Source of the DNA: an uncultured archaeon
Lineage (GTDB): Archaea; Asgardarchaeota; Lokiarchaeia; Sigyniarchaeales; SOKP01
Length of the DNA stretch: 32,014 nt
Assembly (NCBI GenBank): GCA_964388035.1
Contig: CAYLZE010000047.1
Location: 2,528 to 34,541, forward strand
Direction of reading: 5' to 3'
Made by a program: the position numbers and the translations under genes. Position 1 is the first letter of the stretch, and every line of letters starts with the position of its first letter. Positions 9,346-17,199 of this stretch are shown piece after piece. The notes beneath the pieces were generated by a model. The model made no database searches, was not told where the DNA came from, and was given only the letters and a program-made list of their open reading frames with translations.

Positions 9346-9831
9346 CTAAATATTAAATTCTAGATCTATATTTGGAAAACTTTCTGACTCAATTTTTAGA
9401 TCATGTTTTCCTGGAGTTAATTTTCCCATAAAACTCTCTGGCATTTTTATATCAATAGAAAAATTATCACCCATTGCAACATTTTTCCCGCCGGCTTTTC
9501 CTTGTAATATATCTTCCACGGAAAAACTCCCTCCTTTAATATTTAACTTCATGCTATTAATAATTTCTCCGAAATTGACTGCTTCCTTAGAGATATTCAC
9601 TTGTTCACCATCAAGATACAAGTCTAAATATTGAGAGGGGTCAATACTTTTAATGTCTCTATCTCCAATATTAATCTCCTTCGGAAGGGAAAATGGTTGG
9701 ATCACGTTAATTCCCGTAATTTCTATAACGTTTCCACCCTTTATCGATACGCATTTTTTAGGAGGAAAAACCTTCTTAATGATACTTTTCGGTACTTTAA
9801 AATCTTTGATTACGTCCTTAAAATCTACCAT
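9346..9831 (-). CDS. Hypothetical protein, probably a beta-sandwich
   Basis: 161-aa ORF with alternating hydrophobic strands, YLDGEQV and LTPGKHDLKIE. Confidence 0.75.
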   Translation of the reverse strand: MVDFKDVIKDFKVPKSIIKKVFPPKKCVSIKGGNVIEITGINVIQPFSLPKEINIGDRDIKSIDPSQYLDLYLDGEQVNISKEAVNFGEIINSMKLNIKGGSFSVEDILQGKAGGKNVAMGDNFSIDIKMPESFMGKLTPGKHDLKIESESFPNIDLEFNI

Positions 9832-10103
9832 GTTTGCTCATCTTTTTAAGTGTATATTTTTTTTTAAATCATCTTTTTAATATAAATTTGTCTACTATAA
9901 ATCGAATTGACAAATCTATTCTTAAGTTCAAATTCTTATTTTTTAACCTCAAATAATAATAAATAGGTATAGTGATTAACAAATATTTAAAATATAAAAT
10001 TTTTATTTGATCTTCAAAAATTGCTACAATCATGCAAAATATTTCATAATTCGAAAAATTTTGCAATATTTTAATTATTAAATAAAATATCAAAATACTT
10101 ATC

Positions 10104-11567
10104 ATGACAGTAGACAAAAAAGATTTAGAAGAAAAAGCCGATGCTTTGGAACGGCGAGCTAAAGGGGAAATGGATGATAAGAATTATTTGCTTGCACTTT
10201 CTTTACTTTCTGAGGCACGACAAATTAGTTCTGAATTGGGATTTATGGGTCAAGTAAAGTCCATTGAAAAGAAAATTGCTCAAATTAAGAGCATCATGAA
10301 ATTTCATGATGTAGAATTGGAGGATACTCCTGAGAAAGAAATGATTGAATTAGAATTGGAAGGTAATACCCTCATGAGTGAAGCTGGAAGGTACATGGAA
10401 TATAGGAATCTTCCTTCCGCTTTAAAAGCATATGAAAAAGCTTATTCAATTTTTGAGAAGTTAAACTACGATTTTCAATGTCAAAAAATATATGGGAAAA
10501 TAAGGCTAATAAAGTCTCAAATTCAAGATGAAGAACCAGAACAAGAACAGTCTAAACCGGAAGAAAAAGAAAGAGATAAAGAAACTATTAGACCTCCTCG
10601 AGAGCGTGGCGTCTTTACCATGGAGAGTGAATTCAATGAATTAGAAGAGTTAAGATATGTAGAACAAGAAAAAGCTAGAATTGAAACTGAAATATTAAAG
10701 ATATCCCAAAAAAAAGAGGATCTGGAAAAAAGAGAAAAGGAACTAAGAGAGATCATTAAAGAAAAAAAATTAGATGAGATTTTCCTTGATCAAGATGAAG
10801 CTTCTGGTAACTCAATTCCAGAAGATCCTAATAAAGTGGATGCAGAACGATTGGCTGAAATAACCGAGGCAGAGAGAAGAAGAAAGATTATTCGAGAAAA
10901 AATGGAGCAAGAAAAAGAAAAAAAGCGAATTGAAGAAGAACGCATTGAAAAAATTAAAAAACAGGAAGAAGCAAGACGTAATAAACTTCAAGAAGAAGAA
11001 GAAAGTCTAAAAGCTATAACAGAAAAACAAACGGAAACTCAAGAATTAAAAAAGAAAGCTGAAATTGCATTAGGAAAAGGGAAAAATTTTTTGGACAAAA
11101 AAATGTACAAGGAAGCTAAATCTTTTTATCATGAAGCCATTAATTATTTAAAAACGCTAGGATGGTTTGATCAAGTAGAGATCTTGTATAATGAAATTAA
11201 AAATATCGAAAAGTATGAAATAGAGCATTTAAAAGAAGAAGAATATAAAACAAATACTCAAAATGCTCGAGAGGAAGAATTTCAAGAACGAATAAAAGAA
11301 GTAAAAGCAGAAAAAAAAAAGGAAGAGCAAGAAAGATTGGCAAAAGCCTCTATGATGCCCCCAGAGCTTAAAATTAAAGTAAATAAAGCACTCTTAGCTC
11401 TGGAGAAAGCGGAGCAAGAAGAATCAGAGGGACAAATTGGTAAAGCAATAGGAAGATATCAATTTGCCTTAAATATTTATAAATCCATATCTACCGGACA
11501 ATACGATTTCAATCAGCAAATATCCGAAATTGAAGCAAAAATAGAGAAATTAAAATCAAAATCCTAA
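10104..11567 (+). CDS. Helical-repeat (MIT/TPR-like) protein with E/K/R-rich coiled-coil linkers
   Basis: Four similar roughly 50-aa units (e.g. KNYLLALSLLSEA..LG, RNLPSALKAYEKA..LN, KMYKEAKSFYHEA..LG, GQIGKAIGRYQFA) separated by charged helices. Confidence 0.75.
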   Translation: MTVDKKDLEEKADALERRAKGEMDDKNYLLALSLLSEARQISSELGFMGQVKSIEKKIAQIKSIMKFHDVELEDTPEKEMIELELEGNTLMSEAGRYMEYRNLPSALKAYEKAYSIFEKLNYDFQCQKIYGKIRLIKSQIQDEEPEQEQSKPEEKERDKETIRPPRERGVFTMESEFNELEELRYVEQEKARIETEILKISQKKEDLEKREKELREIIKEKKLDEIFLDQDEASGNSIPEDPNKVDAERLAEITEAERRRKIIREKMEQEKEKKRIEEERIEKIKKQEEARRNKLQEEEESLKAITEKQTETQELKKKAEIALGKGKNFLDKKMYKEAKSFYHEAINYLKTLGWFDQVEILYNEIKNIEKYEIEHLKEEEYKTNTQNAREEEFQERIKEVKAEKKKEEQERLAKASMMPPELKIKVNKALLALEKAEQEESEGQIGKAIGRYQFALNIYKSISTGQYDFNQQISEIEAKIEKLKSKS

Positions 11568-11760
11568 CCAAAAAAACATTCTTCTTTCTTGATATTATTT
11601 TATTCCCGTTTGATTCTTCTCAATTACGCTTTTTTCCTATTTTTTCTATTTCATATCCTTAAATTATAATCTAATGTCATTAGCATGAGACTTGAGAAAA
11701 TTTATTTGAAAATAGATTAAAAATTTTAGGAATGCATCTCTTATTCTAACAGTGACGGTG

Positions 11761-12807
11761 ATGGATAATCCTTTTAAAGATTTTAATCACGTTCCTAACG
11801 CCCAAGATTTATTAGATATTGCATTTAAACGAGCAATGAAAAGTTCAGCTCGGGTTTCTAAAAATGCTCCCATCTTAATCAAAGCTAAAAAAAAAGAAGG
11901 TGAACGGATTAAAACCGCAATTAAAGTATTGGTTCAATTTATTTTAAATATTATAAAAAGTGTTCCACTCATCGATGATTTACCTGAATTTTATAGAGAG
12001 TTAGCTTCTATACTAGTAGATGTGGATGAATTAAAACTCAATTTAGGTAAACTTAACGGAATTTTACCCGTTTTGCATTCTTTAGAAAGAGATTTTAGTA
12101 AAAGATTGAGCAGAATTCAAGAACCAAGGGAAGGAGATAGGCTACGACGTGCTGCTTTTGGAAGAGTCTCTTCCATTATAAAAAAACAAGATAAAGTATT
12201 AAAGTATTTAAATGCTATTCGTTTTTCTTTAAAAGCCATTCCTTCCATCGATTATGTACAACCTTGCGTTGTAGTTGCAGGATATCCTAATGTAGGAAAA
12301 AGTAGCTTAGTTAAACTAATCTCCACGAATAAGAAAATTGAAGTGCAAGAATATCCTTTTACTACAAAGAATATTAATATAGGACACATTGATTTCCAAC
12401 GGAAATTTGATTCCATCCAAATTCAAGTATTAGATACTCCCGGAATTTTAGATCGCCCCATGAATGAAAGAAATAACATTGAATTGCAGGCAATATTAGC
12501 ATTACGGCTCATATCGGATCTAATCCTTTTTGTTTTTGACCCAACTCCTGCATGCGGATATTCTATTCAATCCCAAGTTGATTTATATAACGAAATCCAA
12601 CAAAATTTCACTCGTCAAAAAACAATTGACATTCAAATTATTTTTAATAAAATTGATCTCGCAAAAGAATCCGAAATAAAAGAACTTCTCGAGCTCCTGC
12701 CTCTTTCTGAAAAAGAGGTGATACAAGTCAACGCATTATTAGGAGAAAACATCGATACTGTCTTATCCCTTCTAAAATCTCGATATGCTAATAATGATCA
12801 ATTATAA
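11761..12807 (+). CDS. NOG1-family GTPase (large-subunit biogenesis)
   Basis: N-terminal helical domain, GYPNVGKSS, YPFTTK, DTPGILDRP..RNNIE, NKID. Alternative GTG start at 11752. Confidence 0.93.
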   Translation: MDNPFKDFNHVPNAQDLLDIAFKRAMKSSARVSKNAPILIKAKKKEGERIKTAIKVLVQFILNIIKSVPLIDDLPEFYRELASILVDVDELKLNLGKLNGILPVLHSLERDFSKRLSRIQEPREGDRLRRAAFGRVSSIIKKQDKVLKYLNAIRFSLKAIPSIDYVQPCVVVAGYPNVGKSSLVKLISTNKKIEVQEYPFTTKNINIGHIDFQRKFDSIQIQVLDTPGILDRPMNERNNIELQAILALRLISDLILFVFDPTPACGYSIQSQVDLYNEIQQNFTRQKTIDIQIIFNKIDLAKESEIKELLELLPLSEKEVIQVNALLGENIDTVLSLLKSRYANNDQL

Positions 12808-12890
12808 ATTACAACTCTTAATTCTACAATCATGAGAAAATTATCATTTATTTCTTGCTATTCAATAATTTAATAGAAGGCATTTGAGAT

Positions 12891-13967
12891 ATGAATGTTT
12901 TAGGATTAGATATCGGTGGTGCAAATACAAAGGGAGCATTAATCTCGTTTGAAGATAATAAAATTAAGAAATCCTCATCCCATATTGAATATTTTCCTTT
13001 TTGGGAAAAAACTCTAAATCAGATTCCCCTCATGCTAAATCAGATTATTAACAATATTACCAAAAAGCATCAAATTGAACTTAAAAAAATTGATCATGTT
13101 GGAATAACTATTACAGCCGAGCTTTCTGATGCTTTTCAGACAAAAAGAGAAGGAATAATCAAAATATTAAATGCGTTAGAAAATGTATTTGAAAAAGCAA
13201 AAATGCGTTTTATATCCCATGAAATTAAATTCATCACTTTCGAGGAAGCCATGAACCATCCTCTTTCCATAGCAGCTGCAAATTGGATATCTACGGCTTT
13301 ATTTTTGGGAAAATTCGTGTCCCAATGCATATTGATTGATGCGGGATCGACTACTATTGATGTCATTCCTATAAAAAAATCTCTTCCCGTAGCGATCGGA
13401 AAAAACGACATATCAAGAATGATTCATCATGAATTAATTTATACTGGAGGATTAAGAGCAACCATTCCTTCAATTACCCATCACGTGCCATATAAAAATA
13501 CTATGGTCCGTATTTCTTTTGAGAAGTTCGCATTAATATCGGATATACATAGGGTTTTAAATCATATTTCTGAAGAGGAATATATTAATGATACTGCAGA
13601 TAACCGATCTAAATCGATTGAAGATTGTTATGCTCGAATTGCAAGAACAATATGCATGGATTTAGAATCGATTACCAAGAATGATTTGGATAGAATCGCA
13701 CAATATATTTATGAAAAGCAGTTAATCATTATTTCACGGGAATTAGAAGCTTTTTTAATGGAATTAATTCAACGAATCCCCTCTTTTGAAGATGATCCTC
13801 TCTTCATCTTAACGGGGCTATCTTCCAATTTTCTGATTAAACCCGTGTTAGAAAAAATGGAACTTAAAAACTTTGAATCTTATGAAAAGAGTACTCATAT
13901 ATCGGATAAAGTCAGTTCCTCAGCCCTTGCGGTAGCAGGAGCACTATATTTTCAATTAATGGAATAA
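12891..13967 (+). CDS. mfnF: Methanofuran biosynthesis protein MfnF (hydantoinase/oxoprolinase-like ASKHA family)
   Basis: GLDIGGANTK, YFPFW, TAELSDAF..KREG, AAANW, DAGSTTIDVIP, ELIYTG..R, TAD; adjacent to an mfnE-like gene. Confidence 0.85.
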   Translation: MNVLGLDIGGANTKGALISFEDNKIKKSSSHIEYFPFWEKTLNQIPLMLNQIINNITKKHQIELKKIDHVGITITAELSDAFQTKREGIIKILNALENVFEKAKMRFISHEIKFITFEEAMNHPLSIAAANWISTALFLGKFVSQCILIDAGSTTIDVIPIKKSLPVAIGKNDISRMIHHELIYTGGLRATIPSITHHVPYKNTMVRISFEKFALISDIHRVLNHISEEEYINDTADNRSKSIEDCYARIARTICMDLESITKNDLDRIAQYIYEKQLIIISRELEAFLMELIQRIPSFEDDPLFILTGLSSNFLIKPVLEKMELKNFESYEKSTHISDKVSSSALAVAGALYFQLME

Positions 13968-13982
13968 CTCTTTTTAAAAATT

Positions 13983-14726
13983 ATGGTAAATAAAAACCAA
14001 ATTCGCGTATTTAAAATAAGCGGGTCTGTACTAGAAAGGAAACCAAATCTTGAGCATGTTTTATCCCAATTAAAAAAATTGCAAGATAAGGAACCTGCTA
14101 ATACCATCTGTTTGATACCCGGAGGAGGTTCCCTGGCTAATTTTGTTAGATATGTGGATAGAAAACAAAATCTTGGGGATGACCTATCTCATTGGATGGC
14201 AATTCAAGCCATGGAATATAACGGAATAAAATTATGTGAAAATTATAATTACCTTTTACCTGTAAAAGATGTTAAAATTTTATTAGAAAATGATCCCATG
14301 ATGGCTGTTTTTCTACCTCATGAGTATTTAAAAAAAACGGATGAATTACCCCACAGCTGGGAGGTAACATCCGATTCTATCACCTTGTTTATAGCTTTTA
14401 AATTGGGAATAGATCATTGTTTTTTGATTAAAGAGGTGGAGGGAATATTAGATTCCCATCATAATTTGGTTAAGGAAATAAACTTCACCAATTTCAAAAA
14501 ATTAAAAGCCACTCGTGAGTTAGCAGAATTTAGTCAAGGAGGGCATTTCTCTCATGATAAAAAGAAAACTCAACCGGTGGATTCTTATATATTTAATTTG
14601 ATGAAGTCCCGCGAGTTGTATTGTATCATTTTGAGTGGAAATAAGTCATCTAATAGTATTTCTAATTATTTTAATGCATCTTTAAGCCCTCAACAAAAAA
14701 GATATACGAAGATTACATTTGATTGA
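13983..14726 (+). CDS. mfnE: Amino-acid-kinase-family protein, MfnE ([5-(aminomethyl)furan-3-yl]methyl phosphate kinase)
   Basis: FKISGS, IPGGGSLANFVR, HWMAIQAM, LPHSWEVTSDSI. Confidence 0.85.
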   Translation: MVNKNQIRVFKISGSVLERKPNLEHVLSQLKKLQDKEPANTICLIPGGGSLANFVRYVDRKQNLGDDLSHWMAIQAMEYNGIKLCENYNYLLPVKDVKILLENDPMMAVFLPHEYLKKTDELPHSWEVTSDSITLFIAFKLGIDHCFLIKEVEGILDSHHNLVKEINFTNFKKLKATRELAEFSQGGHFSHDKKKTQPVDSYIFNLMKSRELYCIILSGNKSSNSISNYFNASLSPQQKRYTKITFD

Positions 14727-14837
14727 AATTCATTTTTAATGGATAAATCTTTATATTTTCTAAGCAATCACAATCTTAAAAATTTAAAAGGATTAAAGAC
14801 AAGATTATTATTAAAACTCACAAAAAAAGTGAAGTCT

Positions 14838-15338
14838 ATGGACCCAGAACAAGTTAAAAAAAATGCTCAATTTCTAAAAGAAAATCTTTCGGGAATGGAA
14901 ATTGAGGGAAAAGTGTCGGTTAGGATAAGATATAAAGATTTGGTGGATTTTGCAAAAATCTATGGAATAACCGACCCCAAATATGTTGGCCCTGAAGAAA
15001 ATGGTATCGTCGCATGTCATGCTTTTGCGAATAATTTTACAATCAAAGCACTTTATAAATTACTTTTAGGGATGAAATTAGAGCAAAATGGAGAACAAAG
15101 ACCTTTTTTAATCAATCCCGGAAAGTTGCTTCACGCTGGACAAAAATACGATTGGGAGGGATGCATTGATGTAAAACCAGGAGATAAACTCGAGATAACG
15201 GCAAAATGGGGGAAGGTTTGGGTGATTGAAAAAAATATGATCTTATTCGCGGAGCTACTAGTATCCGTTAAAAATCAAGAAGGGGCACTCGTATGCAAAC
15301 CTACAGTTACTGCTGCAGTTAGACCGGGAGGTTATTAA
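14838..15338 (+). CDS. MaoC-like hotdog dehydratase, N-type subunit
   Basis: DLVDFAKIYG..DPKY, LLHAGQKYDW, V-K-N-Q-E-G-x-L-V. Start moved from 14739 to the ATG at 14838 because the upstream stretch looks non-coding. Confidence 0.75.
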   Translation: MDPEQVKKNAQFLKENLSGMEIEGKVSVRIRYKDLVDFAKIYGITDPKYVGPEENGIVACHAFANNFTIKALYKLLLGMKLEQNGEQRPFLINPGKLLHAGQKYDWEGCIDVKPGDKLEITAKWGKVWVIEKNMILFAELLVSVKNQEGALVCKPTVTAAVRPGGY

Positions 15339-15358
15339 AATAATTTGGAGGATTGAAA

Positions 15359-15907
15359 ATGGTAAAAATTTCAGAAATAAAAGTTGGACAAAAAATTAAG
15401 AATGAATTTGACGGGATTACCCGAGAATTACTTCGGGAATATGCAAAAGCCAGTGGAGACACGAATCCAATCCACACGAATGACACGGTTGCTGAAAAGG
15501 CGGGATTAAAAGGCATTATCGCCCATGGATTATTCAGTTTTGGATTTATCACGAAGTTATTCGAGGATTTTCTTAATCAAGAAAAAGATGGAAAGATCAT
15601 AGAAATTGCTGTTGATATGAGGGCAATGGTCCGATGCGGCGACCTCCTCATTACAGAGGCCATAGTGAACAAGCTTGAAGGAAAAAGAGTATATTTTGAT
15701 GTTATCCAGACCACCATAACTAATGTTGATATTAAAGATCAAAATCGTAATATTGTAAAACAATTTGAAGCAGGCGAACGCGGTTATATTTCAGAAAAAG
15801 ACATAGAGCAAGGCCTTGTAAAAACTAAAGACGTACCTGAGGGGATTCTTACCTATAGAGAGAGGGTAGCCACGCCTGGAACAGCAATACTTGAATTAAA
15901 TGCATAG
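15359..15907 (+). CDS. MaoC-family (R)-enoyl-CoA hydratase/dehydratase, catalytic subunit
   Basis: Hydratase-2 motif YAKASGDTNPIH..A...G..GIIAHG; GGAGG at 15347-15351. Confidence 0.9.
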   Translation: MVKISEIKVGQKIKNEFDGITRELLREYAKASGDTNPIHTNDTVAEKAGLKGIIAHGLFSFGFITKLFEDFLNQEKDGKIIEIAVDMRAMVRCGDLLITEAIVNKLEGKRVYFDVIQTTITNVDIKDQNRNIVKQFEAGERGYISEKDIEQGLVKTKDVPEGILTYRERVATPGTAILELNA

Positions 15908-16156
15908 ATTGGATAGAATGGTTTTATAAAATTATCAATTTCTTCTTTTTTATTAGTCATTTACTCTTTTTAAAACTATCTTGCAGTTCTCATTTGGATA
16001 TCAAAAATCTTTGGCATGCTAGAATTATTTCCGAGAGTTACGTAATAATACGCATGATTTTTAAAAATTGGACTACATAATATTTAATTTAAAGACACAC
16101 TATTTTTTCAATATATACAATCCTTTAAAAATATTAGAATTATATAATTACCTAAA

Positions 16157-16981
16157 ATGAGTACAAATAACCTTTTTTGTCCGGAATGTGGAAAGCGATT
16201 TACCCCCGATCAGCGCTATTGTGAATCTTGTGGAACAAAATTGCCCGTGGTTTCCCAATATGCGAAACCCGAGTCCCCCTCAGCAAAACCATCGCAGTCT
16301 CAAAATATCGTGCCAACTAAGCCCGGTGGAATATTCGATATTAATAGAAATTATTACATTTTAAAAGAAAAATTCTGGGATTGGGGTTCAGGGGATATTT
16401 TAGACGAGAAAAATCAAATAATTGGCAAGATGAAACGTGTATTTTTCAGTATTAGAAAAAGAATTGAATTGCAAGAGATAGACGGAACTATCGCTGCTAC
16501 AATTCATTCGAAAATTGTGTCGGCACGAGGCGCTCAAGATTTAAAAGATGTTGAAGGTAACTTAATAGCCAGAATTAAGAAAAAAATCCTGTCTTTTATA
16601 CACCCTCTCTTCTATCTTGAAGATGCTGAAGGCCGGCAATGGTACGAAGCTCAAGGTAAATTCATGGGCTGGTCTTATAAAGTTAAGGACTTGTCTACGG
16701 GGAAAATCGTTGCAGAAGTGGAAAAAGCAGATCGATGGCGAGATGTATTCTTAGGTGGACTATTTGATTTTAAGGACACTTATGCTCTAAGAATTTTGGA
16801 TAACGAAACAGACAGGAGAATCCTTCTAGGATTTGTCATTTCCATTGATAACATCCTCTTTGATACGCGCGGAGGAGCGATGGGATTCATTCCTCTAGGT
16901 TTACCGAGAGGTCGTGGAGGTAGAGGCCCTGGAAGACTTCCAGGAAAAATAGCGGGGAAACTTCCAAGGTTTAAATTTTAA
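16157..16981 (+). CDS. Zinc-ribbon plus LURP-one/scramblase (Tubby-C fold) protein with Gly/Arg-rich tail
   Basis: CPECG...CESCG, a Pro/Ser linker, repeated strand motifs ending in DTYALRI...RILLGFVISID, and tail PRGRGGRGPGRLPG. Confidence 0.75.
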   Translation: MSTNNLFCPECGKRFTPDQRYCESCGTKLPVVSQYAKPESPSAKPSQSQNIVPTKPGGIFDINRNYYILKEKFWDWGSGDILDEKNQIIGKMKRVFFSIRKRIELQEIDGTIAATIHSKIVSARGAQDLKDVEGNLIARIKKKILSFIHPLFYLEDAEGRQWYEAQGKFMGWSYKVKDLSTGKIVAEVEKADRWRDVFLGGLFDFKDTYALRILDNETDRRILLGFVISIDNILFDTRGGAMGFIPLGLPRGRGGRGPGRLPGKIAGKLPRFKF

Positions 16982-17199
16982 AAGTTAATTTTTATTTTTT
17001 TAAACATCTTTTTTGCATTAAATTGCATAATTATTCAAAAATTCTTAAATTCATAACGCCAAAGATATAAATTCCTAATTTTTAATCTAAATCTAGTGAA
17101 TTATTTTTTTTTGAAAATTGAAAATTATAAATACTTGAACATCAAAGATATATTTTATCAAATTTAATTGTTGAACATGAAAAGTGATTAAGCAAAAAC

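Noticed and set aside
12698-12720. 8-9 bp hairpin in the NOG1 gene
   Set aside because: No bulge-helix arrangement, and the encoded residues fit the GTPase fold.
14509-14580. Long imperfect pairing in mfnE
   Set aside because: No 3-nt bulges flanking a 4-bp helix.
16928-16944. Inverted repeat CCTGGAAG-A-CTTCCAGG
   Set aside because: Explained by the PGRLPG coding repeat; no BHB flanks.
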